This document shows positions 28,857 to 36,463 of a DNA stretch of 64,000 bases, in pieces. Each line of letters begins with the position of its first letter. Positions within the stretch are counted from its first letter, which is position 1. Origin of the DNA: a bacterium. Lineage in GTDB: Bacteria; RBG-13-61-14; DATKZS01. The position numbers were made by a program, and so were the translations under genes. The notes under the pieces are model-generated. The model was not told where the DNA came from. It did no database searches and saw only the letters and a program-made list of their open reading frames with translations. The DNA is taken from NCBI GenBank assembly GCA_963674965.2, contig CAXXFL010000007.1, positions 96,001 to 160,000 of the forward strand. Reading direction: 5' to 3'.

Positions 28857-29468
28857 TCATCGGATGCCGTTGAAGACCATATTCAGTATCTCCTTTTTTA
28901 ATTTATCAATTTTATCCGGAGCATAGTAATCATCCCCCGTCATGGCGCCGAAAATGGGCGCGACAAAAAAGTAAAAGGAAGACATGGCGAGGATATTGAT
29001 GACCAAAAGGGGCAGGTCGGCCTTGATCTTGTCTTTATTGTCCCCATGCTCCGAGTCCTGGTTTCCGATATCTCCCAGCAGCCTGGTGAACATGGGTAGC
29101 CACACTTTTGGAATAAGCTCGGTATGAACAAGTTCATTACCCGATAGAACTTCCCTTGTGATAATGCTGGGGAATCTTTTATGCTCGGACCAGAAATCGA
29201 CCAGGATGGTAACCAGCAGGCGGATTCTTTCCTCCTGGCCCTCGGCGCTCATAACCGGCTCGCGCACTCTGTCCCTGAGTTTTTGATAGACGTCTTTTAT
29301 CAGGGTATCGTGGATGTCCTTTTTATTCTTAAAGTAGTAATAAAGCGCGGACTTCTGGATATTGACCCGCTCGGCGACGTCGTTCATGGAAACGCAATCG
29401 AATCCTTTTTCAGCGAAAAGTTCTTCCGCCGCCATGAGGATTTCTTCCTTTTTCGAATTGCCTTTCAT
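28857..29468 (-). CDS. TetR/AcrR family regulator
   Basis: ILMAAEELFAEKGF..SMNDVA..KSALYYYFKNK HTH motif. Confidence 0.93.
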   Translation of the reverse strand: MKGNSKKEEILMAAEELFAEKGFDCVSMNDVAERVNIQKSALYYYFKNKKDIHDTLIKDVYQKLRDRVREPVMSAEGQEERIRLLVTILVDFWSEHKRFPSIITREVLSGNELVHTELIPKVWLPMFTRLLGDIGNQDSEHGDNKDKIKADLPLLVINILAMSSFYFFVAPIFGAMTGDDYYAPDKIDKLKKEILNMVFNGIR

Positions 29469-29483
29469 AATTTGCCCAGATAA

Positions 29484-29533
29484 TTTTACTGAACGTTCAG
29501 TAAAAAAATGGCACAAACCAGTCGCGTTGTCAA
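29484..29533 (-). promoter_or_regulatory. tetR promoter with a 22-bp palindromic operator
   Basis: Perfect palindrome TTTTACTGAACGTTCAGTAAAA (29484-29505) directly after TTGACA (29533-29528)-17 bp-CATTTT, with an extended -10 TG. Confidence 0.75.
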
Positions 29534-29705
29534 GAAAAAAATCAATGAATAAAATGACGGGATACCTACCGGCGACCCACAGCGTCAAGGCAAAGCGGAC
29601 TATTAGATGGCCTGGCTTTTTTCGAAATGGCGATTATTATTCATAACATGGCGCTTAAGGCGGATAGTATGGAGGTCCCGCAATGAAAAATTTCAGCGGG
29701 TAAAT

Positions 29706-30650
29706 TTAAATAAACCATCTCAGCAGATACTTGGAGACGCTTCCGGGCATTTCATTTTTGAACTGCCTTAGAATGGAAAAAGCCCATGGAGCGAAAAGCA
29801 GGATGGATTTCGCTACGGGAAAAAAGATCGAGCCGGGCTTTTTGATCTCGAGGTTGTTTTCGCGCATGATTTTGGAGCCGATCAAGTTCATCCAGAAGTA
29901 GTCCTCCGGGCCGGGCTCGCTTTTCGGATCGCGGGGCATCTCGATATGGCCCGGGGCCACCATGGTGGCCAGATCGGTCCTACTCAATCCAAAGAAATCC
30001 AGCGCCCTGTCGAGTTCACCGCTCGGGTCATCCATCAGGCGTTCCACGTCGACCACAACCACCAGGTCCCCGCGCCGTTTTATGGCTTCCTCGATGGCGA
30101 TCATGTATCCTCGCCAGAGCAGGGCGCACGCGATGGGATGAAAAGGGATATCCTTTTGAGCCTTGTGGAATTTTATAAATCGGTAGGGATCGCATCGGAG
30201 AACGATAAAACGAGATCCGGGAAGGTAACGCAGTATTCTTTCCATCCAGTTTATATGATGTGGAGTTTTCTCGAAGACGACCTTTTTTCTTTCTCGGCGG
30301 GCAATTTCACGAGCCAGGGCCTTGAACGGCTCCTCCGGCGAGGCCGGTCTCGGGATATCAGCCAGCACCCTTTCGGCCATCGCCTTGAATCCCTCGAGGT
30401 CGAGGCTTTTAAGGCAACCTTCTTCTCCTCCTATGGTGGCGTCCCATTCGAAGCTTCGCCAGATTTGAAGGATTCTTCCAAGTTCTTTTTCACCGTATTT
30501 TCCGTTTTGATTCGGCTCGACCCAGAACCTGCCCCAGTAGCGGGACTGCCCGAAGACGGCCGCGTCGGGATGGGAGTTAATACATCGGCTGAGCCAGGTA
30601 ATCTCGCACCTGCTCATGCCCACGATAAAGTTGATCTCCACCTCTTGCAT
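29706..30650 (-). CDS. Sulfotransferase-family protein
   Basis: FIVGMSR..TWL...NSHP, FEKTPHH and FIVLR.DP. Confidence 0.75.
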   Translation of the reverse strand: MQEVEINFIVGMSRCEITWLSRCINSHPDAAVFGQSRYWGRFWVEPNQNGKYGEKELGRILQIWRSFEWDATIGGEEGCLKSLDLEGFKAMAERVLADIPRPASPEEPFKALAREIARRERKKVVFEKTPHHINWMERILRYLPGSRFIVLRCDPYRFIKFHKAQKDIPFHPIACALLWRGYMIAIEEAIKRRGDLVVVVDVERLMDDPSGELDRALDFFGLSRTDLATMVAPGHIEMPRDPKSEPGPEDYFWMNLIGSKIMRENNLEIKKPGSIFFPVAKSILLFAPWAFSILRQFKNEMPGSVSKYLLRWFI

Positions 30651-30656
30651 GGGACG

Positions 30657-31586
30657 TTACCGATAAACGAACAGAAAAACTCCAGCCAAACCGGCGAGAA
30701 GGCACGCGCCGTTTACTAAAGCCAGGACCTTGTAATTACTCCATCCCCGGTTCAAGAGCCTCAGCCCGAAATGCGAGTCATCCCCTTGGAAGATTGATTT
30801 GCGCAACAATAGACGCCTGGCCGCCACGAAGGTCATCTCGAATAAAGGCGCGAAAAATAACAGAATGAGCGCCATGTTGTCAGCGCCGGCAAGGCGCGGG
30901 GCGATCCGGAGACCAAAGGCGATGAAAGCCGCGCCCAGGCAAAAAGAACCCACGTCGCCCATGAATACTTTGGCCGGTGGAAGGTTATAATAAAGAAAGC
31001 CCAAGGTCCCTCCCGCCAGTGCAAGGCTTGTCAGCAGCAAACCATGGTCTCCCGCCATAAGCGCGATTATGGAAAAACAGGCGCAGGTGAAAAAGGCCAG
31101 GCTTCCAGCCAGGCCGTCCATCACGTCCAGGAAGTTCCAGGCGTTGAGCAATAAAAGGCCCAGTACCAGCGGGACAATAAAGCCAACCGTCGGCGATCCG
31201 AAAATGGAGAAGTCACGGGCGTTCATTACAAGCAAAGACGCGGCCATGGCCTGCACCGCCAGTTGGAAGAATGGCGAGACCGGGGTTTGAACCTTGTCCT
31301 TGTAAAGGGCAAGGACGGCTAAAATCAGGACGGCAAGAGCGGCGTAAAGCCAGAACGGGTCAAGAAGGAAGCCGCACGCGGTTGAGACAAGAAGGAACCC
31401 GATGGCGAAGGCCGTCCCGCCCAGGAGCGGAACGGGCTCGTTATGAGTGGCCACGTCGTCGTTGGCCGGCGCTATAAATTCGAACTTTTTCGCCAGCCCT
31501 ATCGCCAAAGGCATGGAAAACAAGGCCAGCGCGGAGCAGGCCGCAAAGATTAACCCCGCCAGTACCAAGGCGACCTCGGTATTCAT
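30657..31586 (-). CDS. Undecaprenyl-phosphate GlcNAc-1-P transferase (WecA/MraY family)
   Basis: P.LGG, NAWNFLDVMDGL, NLPPAKVFMGDVGS and multiple TM helices. Confidence 0.88.
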   Translation of the reverse strand: MNTEVALVLAGLIFAACSALALFSMPLAIGLAKKFEFIAPANDDVATHNEPVPLLGGTAFAIGFLLVSTACGFLLDPFWLYAALAVLILAVLALYKDKVQTPVSPFFQLAVQAMAASLLVMNARDFSIFGSPTVGFIVPLVLGLLLLNAWNFLDVMDGLAGSLAFFTCACFSIIALMAGDHGLLLTSLALAGGTLGFLYYNLPPAKVFMGDVGSFCLGAAFIAFGLRIAPRLAGADNMALILLFFAPLFEMTFVAARRLLLRKSIFQGDDSHFGLRLLNRGWSNYKVLALVNGACLLAGLAGVFLFVYR

Positions 31587-31587
31587 T

Positions 31588-32694
31588 TCAAACCGTGGGC
31601 GCGCTTTTCTCGCGGCGTGGAGAACGTGAAGCAGCGCCGGCTTTTTTATCAGGCGCGGCCTGGGACTCCCGTCTTTGGAAAAGGTCCTTGATCCCTTGCT
31701 CGGGGGAAACTCGCGGCGCGTATCCCATCATCCTGGCGGCTTTTGAGTAATCGGCCAGTCTTTTTATCTGGCCGCAGGAGATCGATTCGTCGACTATCAG
31801 TTCGACATCGGGAACGACTTCTCTCACCCACTGGGCCACCTCGAGTACCGTCGCCTCTTGACCGCACCCGATATTGAAGGCCTGATGCCGTCCCGCCTCC
31901 ATTTTAAGTCCCAATGATAAAATGATCGCGTCGACCACGTCGTCAACGTGGGTGAGGTCCACCGTTTGTTTGCCATCGCCGAAAATGACGAGCGGCTCCC
32001 CGGCCGCGGCTCGCTCGAGCCAGGTGGCGATAAAATGTCCCTTCTCCCCCGAGGCGGGTCCCGGGCCATAAACCGTCCAGAAGCGAAAGGATACTCCCTC
32101 CAGGCCGTAACGCTTGCAAGCGGCGTCGAGCAGGGCTTCACCGAAGACCTTGGACGTTCCATACAGACAACGGGGACGGGCCGGAACGGACTCGCGTATG
32201 GGAAAAACTCGAGGCGGTTCCTCAAATATCATGGAGGAGCTGGTGAAGATTACACGTTGCACCTGGCCGCCTTTTATCTCCTCGAAAACGTTCATCAGGC
32301 CCTGGACGTTCGTCCGCCAGCCCAACTCCTCGTCCATCTGGCATTGTCTGCCCAAAAGTCCAGCCAGCAAGATCAAGGTCTTGAATCCATCAAACTTGCC
32401 TTTTAAGGAATCGGGACTTGTCACGTCGGCGTACTCGTGAGGATAAAGAGAGGCGACTTCCTCGGGAGGATCGACAATATCGAAAGAAGAAACGGAGAAG
32501 CCCCGTCGATGAAGCTCCCGGCCGAGGTTGGTTCCGATAAATCCGCTTCCACCAAGGATAGCAATCTTATCGTCACGCTTGAATCGTAGGTCCTTGTTCG
32601 ACATTTTGTCACTCTTTCTTAACGTTTTCAGCGCGCTGTATGGCGTCAACTTATGCTTTTTTTCGATCATAGCCCAATTTTTTGTCTCGCGCAA
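31588..32694 (-). CDS. NAD-dependent epimerase/dehydratase
   Basis: GGSGFIG, TSSS, YGTSK and VYGP; the true start may be the later ATG (MSNKDL). Confidence 0.9.
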   Translation of the reverse strand: MRETKNWAMIEKKHKLTPYSALKTLRKSDKMSNKDLRFKRDDKIAILGGSGFIGTNLGRELHRRGFSVSSFDIVDPPEEVASLYPHEYADVTSPDSLKGKFDGFKTLILLAGLLGRQCQMDEELGWRTNVQGLMNVFEEIKGGQVQRVIFTSSSMIFEEPPRVFPIRESVPARPRCLYGTSKVFGEALLDAACKRYGLEGVSFRFWTVYGPGPASGEKGHFIATWLERAAAGEPLVIFGDGKQTVDLTHVDDVVDAIILSLGLKMEAGRHQAFNIGCGQEATVLEVAQWVREVVPDVELIVDESISCGQIKRLADYSKAARMMGYAPRVSPEQGIKDLFQRRESQAAPDKKAGAASRSPRREKSAPTV

Positions 32695-33965
32695 ATATCC
32701 TTTGAATGCCTCGATATCTTTTTCATGGCTTCAACGTACTCGGCTATAATGTCCTTGCTATCCCGAGTAAAAGGGGGCAACTGCAAGGTTGAATTGGAGA
32801 ACCTCAAAGCCGCGGGGAAGTCGTCCTCCTTGTACAATCTTGTCGAGTCCACGTGGGACCCCCTCCGAGGCCATCCATCCGGATACATGCCGTCATCCAA
32901 TTTCTGAAAAAAGGAGTATCCGGCCAAGGGTCTGGCCAGGTGGCCGGGTTTTATCTCGATCGCTCCTTCCTCGTGCATGGCCTCGATGAATCCGTCCACC
33001 GGAAGCCCGTTGAATTTCTCGGGATCGTACTTGAGGATGAACCTGAAAAAACCTCCCCTCGTCGCCGCCGGGGCGGTGGGAAGAGGCTCGAGGCCGGGAA
33101 CTTCCTCCAATCGAGAGCAGAGGTACTCGTAGTTGGCCGAGCGGGCCGCGATGGTTTTCTCCAGGTTTTTGAAACTCGCCAGCGCCACGGCCGCCGCCAG
33201 AGGATGGAGCCGGTTTTTAAGGCCGTAGCCCGTCTCGACGAACTCTTCCAGCTCGGGGCTGGTATATTCCCTTTTCTCCCGGAAGTGGCCGAGAAGAGAA
33301 GCCCTTTCCGCTATCTTTTTGTTCCAGGTGATAAGTATCCCGCCCTCCCCGGCGAAGACGGTCTTGTGAGACTGGAGACTGAAACATCCGGCGTCGCCGA
33401 AGGAGCCCGCCGGTTTTCCCTTGTACGTGGCCCCATGGGCGTGCGAGCAGTCCTCCACCACGTACAGCCCGCGGTCTCGGGCCAGTTCCATTATGGCGTC
33501 CATGTCGCAGACGTGGCCGTACTGGTGCGTGACCACTATGGCCCTGGTCCGCTTTTCAACGATAGCCGCCGCTTTATCGGGATCGATGTTCCCCGTGCTT
33601 TCATCCACGTCGCAAAGCCTCGGGATCAGGCCGCAATGGAGCATGGGAAAGACCGTACCCAAGTGCGTGTAGGCGGGGGCTATCACCTCGTCGCCAGGCC
33701 TGAGCCCGAGCCCGAAATAGGCCGTGTGCAGGGAACCGGTCCCCGAGTGAGTACTGACGGCGTAGGGCGCGCCGTGGTAATCGGCAAAGGCCCGCTCGAA
33801 CTCCTTTACCACGCCGGCGTTCCGGTAATAGGAAAGCTCCCCCGTTTTAAGCTGAGCCAGAACGGCTTGTTCATGCTCGGGCCCGATCTCTGGCCAGACA
33901 AAATGAGGAGGAGGGACCTTAACGGAGGGCGCCCCCCCTAGAAGCGCGGGTTTGTCTTCATTCAT
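32667..33965 (-). CDS. DegT/DnrJ/EryC1/StrS PLP sugar aminotransferase
   Basis: SGTGSLH, EDCSHAHG and FSLQSHK..AGEGG. Confidence 0.92.
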   Translation of the reverse strand: MNEDKPALLGGAPSVKVPPPHFVWPEIGPEHEQAVLAQLKTGELSYYRNAGVVKEFERAFADYHGAPYAVSTHSGTGSLHTAYFGLGLRPGDEVIAPAYTHLGTVFPMLHCGLIPRLCDVDESTGNIDPDKAAAIVEKRTRAIVVTHQYGHVCDMDAIMELARDRGLYVVEDCSHAHGATYKGKPAGSFGDAGCFSLQSHKTVFAGEGGILITWNKKIAERASLLGHFREKREYTSPELEEFVETGYGLKNRLHPLAAAVALASFKNLEKTIAARSANYEYLCSRLEEVPGLEPLPTAPAATRGGFFRFILKYDPEKFNGLPVDGFIEAMHEEGAIEIKPGHLARPLAGYSFFQKLDDGMYPDGWPRRGSHVDSTRLYKEDDFPAALRFSNSTLQLPPFTRDSKDIIAEYVEAMKKISRHSKDICARQKIGL

Positions 33966-34045
33966 TTCAATCGTTACCTCTTTTGATTCATGATTGGCAT
34001 TCAGCTTGCGTTAAAAAATAAATGGTCTCTTTCAAACCGGACGAC

Positions 34046-34921
34046 TCAGCCCGTTCGAGGCCTGAATCGAGGAAGCTCCCCGTCGGCGATCCAGTCTCGG
34101 ATTGGTCCTCCCTTGTAGCGCCTGACGAAGTTTCTGAATCGCCCCTCGTAAAACCTCCGACCCGTTCCCTGGTGCAGGCGAAGGAACAGAGGGATTTTAA
34201 AGGGCAACTCGTCAAATTCATCCGCGTCAAACTCCTGCGGGTGGCTGTAATAGACGAAGACGCGGTCCTTGACCACGCGGTCCGCGACCGTTCTTATCAC
34301 GGGCCAGGGCATCAATCGGTGATAGCCTCCGCCTCCCACCGGCCAATTCTTGCCCATCATCCGGAGGGCCGCCGGCGGAAGCTCGATGATGGACTTGCCA
34401 TTCGTCAACTCGATGACGGCTGGATGAAGAGGCCAATCGGGAACTCCCCGCTTGGAGCTTTTATAAGGGAATATGCTCGAGTCGTAGGCAATGCCAAGCT
34501 CGGATAATATTTCCAGGGCCCATAAGTTCCCCGCCGATATAGACAGGCACGGCGCCCTGTACCCAAGGACCCGCTCTCCGATTATTGACTCGATCAAGTC
34601 TTTCGCCCGTAATACGTCCTCTTTAAAATCTCCTCTTGACTGGCTGAACGCCTCAACGTGCCCGTATCCGTGGCAGGCGACCTCATGGCCGGCTTCATGG
34701 ATTCTTTTAACCGCCTCGGGATGGGCCCCGGCGAATTTTCCCAGCACGAACATGGTGGACTTAATATTTTCCCGTTCCAAAACGTCCAGGAGCTTTAAGG
34801 CGTTGTCGGCCGCTCGCTTGGGAATGGGAAGGTCATGGTCAACCGTGGATTGGGCCCAATCCTCGACGTCGAAAGTAATAAGCGCCCTTCCTCGCTCATA
34901 ATTTGGGTGGATGTTCGTCAT
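34046..34921 (-). CDS. Polysaccharide deacetylase (DUF3473-type)
   Basis: TFDVEDW, HEVACHGYGH, GYRAP, YDSS, GGGY and HPQEFD. Confidence 0.9.
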   Translation of the reverse strand: MTNIHPNYERGRALITFDVEDWAQSTVDHDLPIPKRAADNALKLLDVLERENIKSTMFVLGKFAGAHPEAVKRIHEAGHEVACHGYGHVEAFSQSRGDFKEDVLRAKDLIESIIGERVLGYRAPCLSISAGNLWALEILSELGIAYDSSIFPYKSSKRGVPDWPLHPAVIELTNGKSIIELPPAALRMMGKNWPVGGGGYHRLMPWPVIRTVADRVVKDRVFVYYSHPQEFDADEFDELPFKIPLFLRLHQGTGRRFYEGRFRNFVRRYKGGPIRDWIADGELPRFRPRTG

Positions 34922-35131
34922 TATGAGAATCTTTTCCTCATGGCATCCGACGATTTCAAACGTCTTTTAACGAGCGCGGATAAAGCGAACGTATTACTTG
35001 ACGGAACTTCATAAGTGGAAAGTTTCAAGGCCGCTTTCACTTGATCCTCCAAACGTCTGGCATTTTCCTTATGGATGACGGCGCTAAGTGAATTCATTAT
35101 GGCGCGAAGAGATATCGAAATCAAATGGCCG

Positions 35132-35548
35132 TCAGTCGCCTATGATCTTGATGAGAATCTCCTTTGGCCTTTGCCCGTCGAACTCGAGGTAATACAGCGT
35201 GTGATAGGTCCCGAAATGGAACTCTCCCCTCGTGACGGGACAACTCACGTGGTGGCCGGTAAGGATGGCGCGGAGATGGCCGTGGGCGTTTTGCTTGTGG
35301 TCCGTTTTATCGTGCCTGTATCCGGCCCCGGCGGGTACCAGCCGAACTAGAAGGTCCATATAGTCTCGCGCCACGCCAAAGTCGCTGTCCGTAATAAAGA
35401 CCGCGGACGAGGTGTGCAGGGGAAATACCAGGGCCATCCCCTCCATGATCCCGCTCTCGGCCAGGGCCTCTTGGCACTCGCGAGTCACGTCGATGACCTC
35501 CTCTTTTTTAGCCGTGTTAAATATGATCGTCTTCTCGTATGATTTCAT
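35132..35548 (-). CDS. yjbQ: YjbQ/UPF0047 family protein
   Basis: HTS, YRH, NAHGH, GTY and EFDG.R; ATG 35548 follows AGGAGA. Confidence 0.9.
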   Translation of the reverse strand: MKSYEKTIIFNTAKKEEVIDVTRECQEALAESGIMEGMALVFPLHTSSAVFITDSDFGVARDYMDLLVRLVPAGAGYRHDKTDHKQNAHGHLRAILTGHHVSCPVTRGEFHFGTYHTLYYLEFDGQRPKEILIKIIGD

Positions 35549-35760
35549 TCGCTCTCCTAATTTATGCGCGTGGCCGTCATGGTTATTCCGGCCGTGATGT
35601 ATCCCGCAACCTTGGGCACTCAGAGATTTTATTAAAAAATCGCCTCCATACGCAAGGAGCAAGGGGAAGGGCGGAGTGCGTTTCCATTATAAATAATTCA
35701 ATTTCCGCTTGAGAAGCTGCTTTTTTGAATCCACCGCCTCCCGGGTCTCATCGAAAATAT

Positions 35761-36066
35761 AAGGGGAAGAAGAATCCCCGCCGGGACCGTCCGGCCGAGG
35801 GGCGTTTGCGGCTCGTCGCGGATGCTATTTGCTCGAAAGCTGAATCTCCACGCTGGAGAGCATCGCTCTCACCGGGCCGGACGGATGGGGAAGCGAAGGC
35901 CGGGGTCCCTCCTCGCCGGCGGCTCGGACGTGGCGAGGGGGGACTCCGGCAAACGAGGATCGAAAGGGGGTGATCGTCGGCCGAAACATCGCGCTAAGGC
36001 GCGCGTCAAGTCGTAAATATCCCTTGCGGCGGCCCCGTTGACCACGGGGCCGTCTCAATTTTTTTC
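35761..36066 (+). ncRNA. Candidate structured non-coding RNA or regulatory leader (family unknown)
   Basis: Nested stems, a 19-bp hairpin with G-U pairs, several GAAA segments, and a terminal hairpin plus T tract; no credible ORF. Confidence 0.4.
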
Positions 36067-36151
36067 AGTTGCGGATAGATGGGGTTGATCTATTATCAGG
36101 TGAGCGTCGCCAATCCGGCGATTACTAACAATACCCTGGAAGGAGATCGAC

Positions 36152-36448
36152 ATGAAAAAGACCGCGGTAGTAATGCTCGTGCTTTTGGCCCTGGCCCTGG
36201 GTTACGGTATCGGACGCCACGCCTCCCTGGTAAGCGAGGCCATAGCCGGGCCTCGCGACGGCGGCGCGGGCCTGCCCGCCTCGAACAACCCCAAGGTATA
36301 CATCGACCGCAATACCCGCGTAGCCTGCTATTACAACGAGGCGGGCATAAGCTGCGTTGCAATTGACCGCGTGGAATACGGCCCACGCGCGGCCGTTCTC
36401 GCGACAAAAAAAAACGGGGGGAAGCTTTGCGGCCTCCCCCCGGGCTAG
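36152..36448 (+). CDS. Small exported protein
   Basis: AAGGAG RBS, signal-like N-terminus, YID..T.VACYY..GISCV; the 3' end runs into the convergent terminator. Confidence 0.6.
   Translation: MKKTAVVMLVLLALALGYGIGRHASLVSEAIAGPRDGGAGLPASNNPKVYIDRNTRVACYYNEAGISCVAIDRVEYGPRAAVLATKKNGGKLCGLPPG
36406..36442 (-). terminator. Intrinsic terminator of the macroglobulin gene
   Basis: Minus strand CGGGGGGAGGC..GCTTCCCCCCG followed by T9. Confidence 0.8.
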
Positions 36449-36463
36449 ACAGGATCGGTACGT

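Noticed and set aside
34921-35124. 67-aa minus-strand ORF between yjbQ and the deacetylase gene
   Set aside because: No RBS or motif, and atypical composition; cannot be supported
35761-36066. c-di-GMP-I or c-di-AMP (ydaO) riboswitch, RNase P, tmRNA, SRP or 6S RNA
   Set aside because: Only fragments match (GGCAAAC..GAAA; GCTGAATC..GAGC) and the other required conserved blocks are missing; the branched fold is unlike 6S RNA
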